This document shows positions 37,611 to 50,370 of a stretch of 64,000 bases of DNA, piece after piece (position 1 is the stretch's first letter; every line of letters starts with the position of its first letter). The notes beneath the pieces are model-generated. The model was not told where the DNA came from, made no database searches, and saw only the letters and a program-made list of their open reading frames with translations. The DNA is from Okamejei kenojei (lineage: Eukaryota), in the NCBI GenBank assembly GCA_035221665.1, contig CM069174.1:10168001-10232000 (forward strand). The letters run 5' to 3'. The position numbers and the translations under genes were made by a program.

Positions 37611-40600
37611 TGAGTCTTTGCCTGGCTTGACTTGTTGGGAAATTATAAACGGCACAGGAAAATAAAGAATTAGGAGAAAATATTAGAACATGGATGAAAC
37701 ACTCGCTTGTGTTTGATGATCCATGAACTGCAATCACATGTTGTAAACAAGAAACGAGCAATGATAAAAGTGCAATATTGTCATGTAAAAGGCAAAGGTA
37801 ACAGTCCAACAGCTTTGTAATTACAGCACTAAGTGCTTTATAATATATAAGGGAAAGTAAAGAATCTGATTTATTCCACTAAATTTCCTGAGCTGTTATC
37901 AGCAGTACAGAGGAGCTGGCTTATCACTTTCCTATTTTGCAGAATTGTAAATACAGGTCATTGATTCTCAAACACTGCATTGTTGAACGAATAAATATTT
38001 AATCATTTTATAGATATTAAATGCCTTGCCTAAACTTGGGTATACCTCAATTACAGTGCATGGGAGCAGGCCTTGTTGATCAACATCCCTGTTGTAGGAT
38101 GTGGGTGTTGTATCATGGGGACTTTTTTTTGCTCACCTTTTCTGCCCTGTGCTTGTGTTAAGACTATGCTGAGGGTATTATTGTAATAGTGGTTGGAGTT
38201 ACTAAACTAAACTAATATTTAGAGGTGTGGGCTATTATTTCTGAAAGACACAAATATGTATAGCATGTCAGTTCAAAGATTGAAATTCAAATAATTGGGA
38301 TTTTTTGGGGAAATAAAAAAACTGTCACTTGCAACCACTGGAAGTAAAGGAAGTAAACTGAGTTTATATGTGACTCCAGGCCCACTGTTTAATGGAAGAA
38401 ATGAGGAGAGAGCTGGAAGAGACTATTACCATGTCCATGGGTCCAAAGGAAGGTTAGTTGACTTGAGGGGCCAGGGAATATATCCTAGATATTTGGACCC
38501 TGTAGCGAACACAGGAGTTCTTTGCATAGATGTTTATAAAGCATGGCTTGTATGTGTTTGGATGACCTGATTGGCTGTGAAGTGCAAGAGACATTTCTGG
38601 TTTCTAGAAGCAATATGCGATTGTCCAGAAAATCTACCAACCTGGCACCACTGAAGTCCCATGGGTGCCAGATTAACGAGTCTTGCTATATTTAGCTTCT
38701 ATTGTTTGCATTGAAGGTGAGGACAACTTGTATTAAAATTGGATGCAATGCATTGGTAGAGCAGAGTCATGTAGGGTTTGTAGGTTTGAAAAGGAACTTT
38801 CCTCTGGTGCCTTTCGTGACACTGCTGTCTCCGTACTTTCCAAGCAGTGATGAAGTACTTTGGTAGTGTACTCACTGTAGTGTAGGAAATTTTCACTTTG
38901 CAAGCTCCCATGGATAAGAATGTGATTCTGAGAAGGTATCACATCTGCCTTTAAGTGATGGTTGATTTGAAGAATAAATGTTGGCCCCAGGGTATTAAAG
39001 GTGGGTTAGACATTGACACAAAGATTTTAATTGATGTATGTTTTGAGGTGTAAACAAGTGTCGGCCACATAGAACTCTGTTGTGTATTTGTACCAAAACT
39101 AACATGGTAACGTTAAATTATTTGTATAATTAATGAGCTGGAAAAGCATTAGTACTTTACTTGGTGTTTTGTCCCACATTTCCTCTACAAGTTTGTCATT
39201 ATTTTGAATACTCCCTTCCTTAAAACAGTTTATCTTGTGAAGGACGGGGTGAGCTTTGGTTGCCGCAGGTTCTTATGTATGCACCTGGGCCTTTGCATTG
39301 CAGCTCCACGGTCACTGTTAATATTCTCTGGTGTGAACTGCTGCTGGCTTGCAGCGGATCCTAAGCCTTGGATACTCTGGTACTGTTGATGTTGGAAGAG
39401 GTGCAGAGCGGTCTAAAACTAAGCAATACCATTGTCTTCATTTTCCCAGTGATGGTGGGTCACTACTTGTTGCGGAGGTGGTGGGGAAACAGCTTGTTGC
39501 TTGGAGTTAGAACTGAGAAACAATCAAGTGCTATAAACATTGGAAAAATATGCAGAGACCGCAAGAAAATAGGAGGATTGGGGCATTCAATATGATAATT
39601 GACCACACGGTCAGAGAAAAATGTACAAACTCTGTACCCGGGTCTCTGGTGCTGTGAGGTACAACTCTTCCACTGCTCCACTGAGATGAGAATTTCTGCC
39701 TTCATCACCTTTTCAGGCAGCACGTTATTGATCCCCCTCCACTGTCTGAGTGGGAGGAAAGAAAACATCCTTATCTCTAGCGACTACATTCCATGTACAC
39801 CCCCCTGATTTCTCACCCCACTGCTAAGGGAAATATGTCTTTCGTACTTAATCTGTCATGGTTTCTTGTAATTTAATACAGCACAATTAAGTCTCCTCTT
39901 GGTTTCCTCCGTAAACTATGCTTGTTTTCTATGGAACAATCACTCCTTGTAACTATGTTTGAGTCTTGGCAATATTTTTACATCCTCTCCCGTGTGGTAA
40001 TATCTTCTCCCTAATGTGATGACTGAAATGTGCATAGTTCTCAAGCTATTGCCAAACTAGTGTTGTTTACAGTTCTAGCATAACCAGCCTGCTTTTGTGT
40101 TCTATGCATTGGCTGATGAAAGGAAAGCAAGTACTGTCCTATGTTCTCTGACCACACCATCTTTGCAGTCTAAAGCTTTCCTCTTCACTATATTCCTCTT
40201 CACTATTAACTGCATTGGTTAGGCAGATTTAAATTCTTGGATTGTTTTCTCTGGCAGATCGGACGTTGAGGGGTGACTTGATAGACATTTATAATACTGT
40301 AAAGAGAGGCATAGAAAGGAAAGATGGTCAGAACCTTTTTCGAGGATTCAAATACTAGTGCATAGCTTTAAAGGGGGCAAATTTAAAGGAATTGGAGGTC
40401 TGTTTGGGTATGTTTTTAAATTGACCCAACCTTAAGCAGTCTGAGCCAGAAGACTTATAATTGTTACCATACCTCATTAGACCATCACCAAGTCTAACAA
40501 CCTCTATGTTGCTGGTCTGTCTGAGGATGGAGTACCAAGTATTTATGAACAGAGGCCACATGGGCAATACCTAAATAAATCATCCTGGTCCAGATACAAA

Positions 40601-43600
40601 CCCAATACAGCAGAGTGGGATCCCAGCACTTGTAATCACACCCCATCCGTTGTGGACTGTGTGTCAGGTTCTGCTTCCTCCTTGGATAAACATCTGATTC
40701 CTTTCACTGGGTCTCCTGTGAATGTTCTGTGCCTTTTGCCAATTAATCAGCAGAATTTAAGCTGGTTCACTGTTTTAACCAGGGCCAAAAAAATAATTGG
40801 CAGTTATGCTAAATAAAGCAATGCATAAGGTTCTGTCTCGACCAGTCCCGGGTCCTCTTTCTGACCACTGGAAAAGGTGAAACGTCCAGATTTCCAGTTA
40901 TGTGTCATTTGAGTACCTGCACACACTGCTGTTGAGGGCTTGTCTCCTCTAAGTATGGACAAGTGAAGTTTGTTCAGCTCTGCCGATTCATAACTTTGTT
41001 CTTAAGTTATTTCTGTGGCTTTTGCTTTACATAGTCGTCTGTGAAAATATTTACACTCTGTACTTTAAAATGTGGGAACCATGTAATGGGGGAAAAAACG
41101 CTTCCTCCTCTTAAAGCATCATGCGACTTTCATCAAAATAAAATACAACTAAAACCTCCCTCTGAGCCAGAAAAGATGGGAGCTTGACCATTTTTTTTGC
41201 CTTGAGTACTTTCAACTGATGTCTCCCATTGTATTGTGTGTGTTGTAAGCAAAATAGGTAATTATATTGTAGGAGTACTTTATTGGAGATGATGTTGAAT
41301 AAAACTGTCCTGAGCCAACATTGCTGCATTGTGCTGACATTGGTGATTGGGGTCACCAGAAGTCTCAAGAAAAATGGCATCCAGGTTTTTTCTTGGAGTT
41401 TGGTGGAAAGCAAATATACAGAGAATCACCATTTTGATACGAGAGCTTGTTTTGTGAGGGTATCTCGTTAACGTTGGGATAATTAATATATCGCATTTAT
41501 CTGCAGTCCCCCCAGCTCGGCTAATTTAGCCAAGGAGGGACACCAGGCTGCAAATTGGGATGGGGGATATTTGTGGATTAAAGCTTAATTTAGTGCTTGT
41601 TAGATTTATTTTTTTAAATCTGCTTTTCTATAGGAGTGTGACTTGAATATCTTTTTAGAAGTTGCTGTTTCTGAAGGTGGGTTCTAGCATGTGTTGTGAA
41701 GTAAATATCAGCTTTTATAATGTCTGGTCTGTTCTTTGCTGAGAAATTGCCCTGAGGGCTTCATGGTAGCAAGGCATTATAATGGCCAATGTGTTATGGA
41801 GTTGGATATTTGAGTGCAGGAGTTCGTAATCGGGCTACTGTCCCCCTTTCCTCCTCCTTTTACAGTTTCTAGATGATTATGATTTTTTTTTTGTCATGAA
41901 ATGGCTCTTAAAAATGAGAAATCAGTTGTTTTTGGTAGTAGGATGGAAACTGGCTCTAAAATGCATTTGGCATGCCAAATGTTTCGAATGTTAAATTATA
42001 CTAATCAAAGGGAAAATGGGCCTTTATTTTATTTCCAAAATTGTATTGAAGCATGTGAATTGTGCAGTGAATTTGCAGGCTGACCATACAACCCTTGGAC
42101 TTTGTTCATCCCTGCCAAGACTGGATTTAAACCAGCCTGCTTGTACTTAAACTGAAGTTAATTAAATTTCTGGTTGGTGTGAAATTGTTGCATACCAGCG
42201 AGGTCCTTCGTACTTTTTCTTGAAGTCTTTTTTTTCCAACTTCACAAAGTTTGCAGTGCAGGAGGCCATTTAGCTTGTCGAATCTGTGTAGATGCAATGC
42301 AGATAATCCTGCTCTTTCGCCTTTCCCATAACTACAAATTCCTTCCTTTTGAACCTATACAATTGAGTCTACTACCACCCCTGGCTGTGCTCTCCAGATC
42401 TTCTCCATGTACTCATTTTATTTTTTAGAAGTTTTTCCGTGCATTGCCTTTTCTCTGTTCCTTTGCTAATTGCCAACATGAATTTTGTTTCCCTGTTTCA
42501 CAGGGTCTGAATGTGAAAGAGAATCAAGTCAATTCTGAGCTGTTCTGTTTAACACAAAACTAAGTCCAAGGCCCAACTAAACAGGAACTCCCAGTGATAG
42601 AAAATGAGTTTGACTCTGTCACTGCGCTAATGGGGAGGAGCAGCTCCTGGGCAAGGCTGCTGGTTTTCTGTTTGTGAATAGCAGATGTAATAGTGGAATG
42701 CAATTTTCTGGCTGAAGAAACGTGGGTTGGAATGAGTAATTGCTGAATGTTGGGAGAGATTTGGAAGACTCTCTGCTGGAAAAAACATTTACAAAGACTT
42801 CAACGTTAAAACCTAGTTGTTGGGCTCCACTTTGGAGCAAGCCTAACTCCAAGTATAATGGTGGTACTTATCAAAACGTAATTCTGTTAAGTGCTAAATT
42901 TACTCCATGCGATTAAATTCCTACTTTGATTCATTCTTTGATTTCAGTAATTCAGCAAGTAAGGGTGTGTGTAGTGATCAGACTAAACGTTTAAGAGGGA
43001 AATAGTCGGTGTTTGCCTTGAGACAAAATACTTTTTATGATTTGCTCTTTTAGGGGAGGGGGGATATCCAGGAGTTTATTTTCCAAAACAAATCATTTGG
43101 TGCAAATGTGATAGGAGTCGAGTAATCGCTTCCTTTAAAAGTTTTTGTTTTTTCCCTCCATTCCTCTCTTCATACTTGAGTGCTACCCAGTTTTGTTAAA
43201 AGTGGGTTGGTGGTATTCTTTCCCCCTTAAACTTCTGAGCTGACAACCTAGGTCTTAATGTCTGCCAAGCCTGGAGAGAGCAATCACACCATGCCTGCCC
43301 TCCACGTAATGTTCTGAAATCCAACTTCTATTTCTCAGGAATTGAATCTTAATAATCTTGCTAAGGGTTTCCTTCATGTTGGGATTCTTGCAATTTGGAT
43401 GCAGCCACTTGATTCCTGACTTGAGAAGAAGACTTGCATTTTTATTGAACCATTCACAACCTCCAGACATCCCAAATGCAGGATGGTCATTTCATAAATC
43501 CAAATGTGGAATGCAGCAGAGACTCTGATACAGAGAGGCTCAGAGTGATTGAAATGAACCAAGATCCATTTAAACAGAAGCTAGGTAAAGATATGATTTG

Positions 43601-44189
43601 AAAAAAAGAATAGATGTAGGAAGAATTCATGTGAAACTTTGAGTGAATGCTACAATTGACCAGTTGAGCCAAATGGCCTGCTTCTGTGCTGCCAATTACT
43701 TGCTCAATTATTCTGGCGTGCAACCATTGCGATTAGACCAGACTCGCTCTCTTGTGGGCACATGTGCAATATAGGTTTGCCTTTTATTTTGCTGTTACCA
43801 ATGGTAAGTGCCCACTCTGCATTTTTAAAGCTTGGACTTTGTAGTCTTTGTGTAAAGCAGCTTCTGTCTGGTGTTGGAAACCTCTTTCAAATGCAACTCT
43901 GTTTAAAAGAAAACTGCAGAGCAATGCCATGCAGTCAAGGTTTCTAAGGCTGCTGAAAAAGCTCTAAAAGCTCTGTAGCTGCGTCAACCACTACTCCTAA
44001 CCAATTTGCACAGACCTAACTTCTTGTCAGTTACTGAAACAAGACCAGATGCAATTGTTCCATTGGTAAACTTTTATCCATTGCATGGTTCCAGTGGCAT
44101 CCAGTATCAAGATGACTGTATCTTTGAGGCTTTAATGTGTAACACATATGACTGCACTAAACTAGTCTGTATATTTTTTATTTAATCAG

Positions 44190-44295
44190 GTTTATTGCCA
44201 AACCATGTGCCGTGAGTCTTCGAATTCAAGCAAATGGACCACGCAGAGCACAGCCCAATGCTATTCTAGAGAAAGTCTTTACATCAATTACAAAG
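44190..44295 (+). CDS. CERS5: Ceramide synthase coding exon 2 ([35 protein letters not shown])
   Basis: tttaatcAG acceptor and GTGAG donor. 106 bp, phase 2 to 0, in frame with exon 1. Start of the Hox-like domain. Confidence 0.9.
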
Positions 44296-46089
44296 GTGAG
44301 CGTTGTTGTCGCAAGACTTCTTCAGATTATTTTCCTACTGTTTTGATGCTTTTTTTTTCTTGCCCTGCTCACATCTGATGCTGAGCAGGTAGAACGGGGA
44401 TTAATTCCTAGGTATCTGCCAATTGACCTTTTTGACCTGGCTTCCAATAGCTCAGGGCTGCGGTGTGATGTCCTTTTCTGCTTCTTGTAATTGTCGTCAG
44501 CGTTTCTATAAACATGACTAATAGATGGCCATGCAGTGATCAAACCAGACTGTATCAGGCCTGTCTAGATTTGACTGTTCGAGGTTGAAGTAAATGGTCA
44601 TTCCATTTGTTTCTTAATGACTAAATATTGTGTTTTTGTTTTCTGCTTTATTTTCTCTATTTTTGAGATGTGGATGACACTGCAAGATCAGTATTTATTG
44701 TCCCTCCAAATTAGCAGATAGATAGCAAATACAAGTGATGCTAGGATTCTGATACCAGAGGCCAGACTCCCTGGGGCTATGAGTTGCATCTGGCCCATAG
44801 GTGGCAGATTAGACATTCCCAGTGCCACTCAGTTAAATTGAGAATGTGAACTTGATCCAGTGACCTCTTCTCCTTCGTACTTGCCGTTCATGCCCTCTTC
44901 TCTTGCCATTGGATACAGATGCAAAATACTAAAATACCCCTCCAAATCAACCCTTGTACAAGTGCTTCCTTGAGGGGTATTATAGCTGGAGTGAAAGTAA
45001 CATTATTGTACTGAGCTAATACTGAGGTCCAGTAAGAACGAGAGCCAATTATGTAGTTTCATTTAACCAATGATGGGTTTGGGGCTCTTGTATTCATTCA
45101 ATTCAATGGACTTTATTTGTCCATTAGGAACTTAATTTGTGCAGAACATCAGTGCGTGTACAATTCACGTACCCAGCAACACAACACAATATACCACACA
45201 CATCATATACCAGCAGTCCAACATTGGTCAACTTGCAAAACACAATACGTGAAGAATAGGCAATAAAACCATTAAGGGAATGTTAAAAATGTATATATGA
45301 ATAAATAAATAGATCAACTATTCATGAGTCTAGTGGATGTAGGCACGAAACTCTACGTGGCTCTCTTAGTCCTGAATGTGGGTGACCTGTATCTCTGGCC
45401 TGAGGGTAGAAGAATGTATTGGCTGTGCAGTGAGTGAGTGGTGTCTGAAGCTATTTGTGTTCCTTTTAGTTTAGTCCTTCTATTGTAAATACTGATCAGT
45501 GGTTCCTGCTCCAGTCCGATTATTTTACTGCTCAGTGATATGATTTTGTTTAGTGGGTTGCGATGGATGTTGGATAGTATTCCATTTTTAAGTGCAAGTT
45601 AACTGCTAGGGTATTGTTCGATTCACTCTTATCCCATTAAGGACACTGGACTATGTCTAAGGTACTGATGTGCTAAGATGCTGAGAACTATTTAAAAAAA
45701 AAGCTAACCTTATCAATTCTCTGCAAACCCCTAGATGGAGTTGACATAAGGAATAGAGGTGTGGTCGGCTGAAGGGAATGTGGCCACCTGTGTGGCAAGG
45801 GGTTGGGGTTAAAAATTATCTGGATTGAGAAACTTGATACTTACAGGGCAGATCTCTAGATGGAGGAGTGGGGGTTCATGGTTGAAGCCAGGGAGGCTGT
45901 AAATGGCCTTGAATTGATCTCAATGGCAAATCAGGCTTGGCACAGGAAGCTGCAAACTTGCTCTTGTAAATGGTTTAACGTGTAGCTAAAGGTGTAAGTT
46001 GAAGTGTTCAAGGGCTACGAAACTTCAACATTCAAACATTGCGGCAGTGCAAATAGTGTAGTAAAACAATCTCTACTTCAAGTCAAATC

Positions 46090-47110
46090 TCTAAGTTTGC
46101 GGATGACACAAAGCTGGATGGCAGTGTGAGCTGCGAGGAGGATGCTATGAGGCTGCAGGGTGACCTGGATAGGTTGGGTGAGTGGGCAGAAGCATGGCAG
46201 ATGCAACATAATGTGGATAAATGTAAATGTACGTTGGTGGCAAGAAGACAAAGGCAGATTATTATCTGAATATTATCTGAAGGTCCTACTTCAGTTGTAC
46301 AGGGCCCTGATGAGACCGCACCTGGTGTATTGTGTGCAATTTTGTTTCCCTAATTTGGTGGGACTGACATATGATGAAAGAATGGGTCGACTGGGCTTGT
46401 ATTGCTGGAATTTAGAAGGATGAGAGGGGATCTTATAGAAACATATACAATTCTTGAAGGATTGGACAGGGTGGATGCAGGAAAAATGTTCCCGATGTTG
46501 GGGGAGTCCAGAACCAGGGGTTACAGTTTAAGAATAAGGGGTAGGCCATTTAGGACTGAGATGAGTAAAAACCTTTTCACCCAGTTGTGAATCTGCGGAA
46601 TTCTCTGCCACAGAAGGCAGTCGAGGCCAATTCACTGGATGTTTTCTAGAGTGAGTTAAGGGCCTGTCCTACTGTACCAGGTAATTCAAGACTTCTCCCG
46701 AGTTTCCCCTGATTCGAACTCGGAGAATTACGGTAATAGCCGTTCGTAGGTACTCGGCGCTCTCGTGGACATTTTTCACAGTGCTGAAAAAACTTCACGA
46801 GTTACCGCGCTTCCCGAGTACCTGCCGTTAGCATTACGAGACATCCACGAGCTCCGACGTAGCCGCTATGTACATTCTACGTACTTACCACGAGTTTGAT
46901 TATTTTAAAACTCGGGAGAGCTCTTGAATTACCTCGTACAGTGGGACAGGCCCTTTAGATTTAGCTCTTGGGGCTAAAGGAATCAAGGGATATGGCGGAA
47001 AAAGCAGGAACAGGGTACTGATTTTGGATGATCATCCATGATCGTATTGAATGGCGATGCTGGCTCAAAGGCCTGAAAGGCCTACTTCGCCTATTTTCTA
47101 TGTTTCTATG
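46090..47110 (+). mobile_element. CR1 LINE 3' portion with internal deletions, hosting the Harbinger MITE
   Basis: SKFADDTKL RT motif at about 46090, RRMRGDLIETY, and a 3' tail. Confidence 0.88.
46659..46954. mobile_element. PIF/Harbinger-type MITE (296 bp) inserted in a CR1 copy
   Basis: About 47-bp TIRs (AGGGCCTGTCCYACTGTAC...) and a TTA target duplication (46656-58 and 46955-57). Removing it restores the CR1 sequence seen at about 23105-23130. Confidence 0.88.
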
Positions 47111-49147
47111 ATAGCCTATACTGCTTTAACAGTTAAACTAGTGTCTGTGCTTTTTGTACATTTATGGATTGTGCTAAAGGTTCCAGGACCTTTTGAGGAG
47201 ATGTGGCTGCAGATGCTTTAAATGGTAAATTGTGAATGTATGAAGAGATGGAGTTTCCATGCTATTATGCAAAGACCAATAAAATCTTATCTTTATTCTA
47301 CATAAACAGTCACATCACAGACTAAGATGCACTGCTTTATTTTTTTCCATGTTATGCAATCATACTTCATTTTAAATTGTTTGCTGTAAATCTTCCCCAT
47401 TTCTTAATAAATTATAGAACTGTCAGAGTGAGTCGTGTAGCTTTTGGTGAATTATTTTTCTCTGGAACGTCAGAAATTTAGGGAAGACTTGATAGAAGTA
47501 TATACAATTATGAGAGGCATGGTAGGGTAGACATTCAGAAACGTTTTCCCTGGGTGAAATTCAGACTGGAGGGCATAGCATTAAAGTGAGAGGGGTAAAG
47601 TTTAAAGGAGTTGTGCAGGGCAAGGATTTACGCAGAGGATGCTGGGTGCCTGGTACGTGCTGCCAGGGGTGATGCTGGAGGCAGATACAAAGGTGGCAAT
47701 TAGGAGGCTTTTTTGATAGACACATAGACATGCAGGGAATGGAGGGATATGGATCACATGCAGGCGACAGAGATTGGTTTAACTTGGCATCATGTTCGGT
47801 GTGGACATTGTGGGATGAAGGGCCTGTTCCTTTGCTGTACTGTGTTGAACCTGTTGATGTAATCTATTTGTGTTGAATCTGTTGATGTAATGCTGACCTT
47901 TCGGATCAGGTTATTGTAAATGTTTTTGTTTGTTTGGGAAGATGGAACATTTAGTACAGCTGTTAAATTGAAATCTACTGTTGCTGATTTCCAAATTGTT
48001 TGTGGCTTGTAATTTGCTCTCATGAGGTGTGAATGTCTTGCCAGTATAAATTCTGACCCTAAACCTAACTGATGTGGTTTTCAATTTAGTGCTTTGCAAT
48101 TTATTTTAGCAAGTACTTGCAATCTGAAGGGGCTCACTTGAGCCATTATGTCAGTCCAAAACATTGCGTTGCTGTGATCTCTCTCCCCAGCCCTGGATCA
48201 ATTTAAGCTTCATTGTTTCTTTTCCCCCTGTTCTTTTCCCCCTGAACAGTAGGAACATAAGGCCCTTCAAAGGTGTAACTGAACAAACCAACACCAAGCC
48301 AGAGAAAATGGTATCAGAGGGAGCGGCCACATGCTTGGTTTAAGAGCAAGGTGAATTCAAAGAACTGTTCAAAGCAGAGCCAACAACAGTGGAGTCATGG
48401 AGTCAAACAGCACAGAAACGGGCCAGTCGGCCCAACTTGCCCATGCCTGACCAAGATGCCTGCGGGATTGTGCAAAACAACAGAACAGAACAGAACCAGT
48501 ATTTACATTTTTTTTTAAAAAGACAACAGTAATTACGCCCCGGTGAGATCAGAGTTTACAGTGCTGATGACCTGCGGGAAGAAACTCCGTCTCATCCTCT
48601 CTGTTTTCGCAGCGTGACAGTGGAGGTGCTTGCCTGACTGTAGCAGTTGGAACAGTCCATTGCTGGGGTGGTAGGGGTTCTTCATGATCTTGCTGGCTCT
48701 GGACCTGGTGTATAGATCCTGCGGGGGGGGGGGGGGGGGGGGGGTGTAGCCGAACACACTACTCTGCAGAGCCTTTCCTCTCTCTCCCGCAGCAAAATCA
48801 TCCTCTTATTTCCTGACCCTTGAGGATGGCTGGGAGGTGCACTCATCTATGTACACACAGTTCCTTCATGGGCATTTGCACTTTCATATTGCAATGTTAC
48901 TGAATATTACTTTCTATTGGCCTCAGGTTTTTGCATAGATTTCTGTTGAAATTGTTTCCAAAGGCATGCTCGAAGCTTGTGGTTTAACAAGGTGTACTTG
49001 TTTGTGTAGGACCATGTCAGCCCCTCTCCACCCCACTCGCTTCCAAGGCAAACTGTTTCATATATTGTTCAGCCAGCAGCTGCTGCAGGTCATTTTGGAA
49101 ATGCTTTAATGCATCACTAATTTTTTTTTTTTTTGGTTTCTTCTCAG

Positions 49148-49278
49148 TCTCCCGATGAGAAAAGGCTCGAGGGTCTGTCCAAGCAGCTCGACTGGGATAT
49201 CCGCAAAATTCAGCGCTGGTTTCGGCATCGGAGAAACGAAGATAAACCCAGCACGCTCACAAAATTCTGTGAGAGCAT
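49148..49278 (+). CDS. CERS5: Ceramide synthase coding exon 3, Hox-like domain ([44 protein letters not shown])
   Basis: Long polypyrimidine tract plus AG at 49146-49147, GT donor at 49279. 131 bp, phase 0 to 2. Confidence 0.92.
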
Positions 49279-49503
49279 GTACGGCTTTTATTCCACTGTT
49301 ATTGGATCTATGATTGTGCCTGTTTAAATTTACTTGAGCCCTACTGCTCAGAGTTCCTTGTTCATCATAAATGTTTGCTGAGATTTTGTATTATCAGCAA
49401 TTTTTTTTTTTTTTTTAATGAGATTGCAGAGGCTTTGAGTGAACACCTCCTTGTTCCACTTGCCACTCTCCCTTTTTTATAAAAAGAGATTGCTAGTTAT
49501 TGT

Positions 49504-50370
49504 AGGTAGACAAAAATGCTGGAGAAACTCAGCGGGTGAGACAGCATCTATGGAGCGAAGGAAATAGGCAACGTTTCGGGTCGAGACCCTTCTTCAGACT
49601 GATGTGAGGATGGGGGGGGGGGGCAGGAGGAAGAGGTGGAGCCAGAGGGCTGAGGGAGAGCTGAGAAGGGGAGGTGAAAGTAGGGACTACCTGAAATTCA
49701 AGAAGTCAATGTTCATACCGCTGGGGTGCAAACTTCCCAAGCGAAATATGAGGTGCTGCTCCTCCAATTTACGTTAGTCCTCACTCTGGCCATTGAGGAG
49801 GCCCAGGACAGAAAGGTCGGATTCGGAATGGGTGAACCTCTGCCGCACCTGGAAAGACTGCTTGGGTCCTTGAATGGAGTCAAGGGGGGAGGTAAAGCGA
49901 CAAGTGTAGCATTTCCTGCGGTTGCTGGGGAAAGTGCCCGGACAAGGGGTGGTTCGGGTGGGAATGGAAGAATTGAGCAGGGAGTTATGAAGGGTGCGGT
50001 CTCTGTGGAAAGCGGACAGGGGAGGAGATGGGAAGATGTGGCAAGTGGTGGGATCGCGTTGGAGGTGGCGAAAATGGCAGAGGATTATTTGTTGTATGTG
50101 ACGACTGGTAGGGTGGAAGGTGAGGACAAGGGGGACTCTGCCCTTGTTATGAGTGGGGGGGATGGGGAGTGAGAGCAGAGTCACTGGGTATAGAGGAGAC
50201 CCTGGTGAGAGCCTCATCGATAATAGAAGAGGGGAACCCCCTTTCCCTGAAGAATGAGGACACCTCCGATGCCCTGGTGTGGAACACCTCATCCTGGGTG
50301 CAGATGCGGCGTAGACGGAGGAATAGGGGATGGAGTCCTTACAGGAAGCAAGGTGGGAAGAAGTGTAGTA
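49504..50370 (-). mobile_element. Penelope-like element fragment (RT C-terminus/linker and tail with intact hammerhead motif)
   Basis: SSHLASCKDSIPYS, RVPLVLTFHP, RKCYTC linker. The GIY-YIG core is deleted at about 49830. The tail matches other copies. Confidence 0.85.
49568..49600 (-). ncRNA. Minimal hammerhead ribozyme motif (intact core)
   Basis: The - strand reads AGU CUGAAGA A GGGU-CUCG-ACCC GAAA CGUU GC. Confidence 0.55.
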
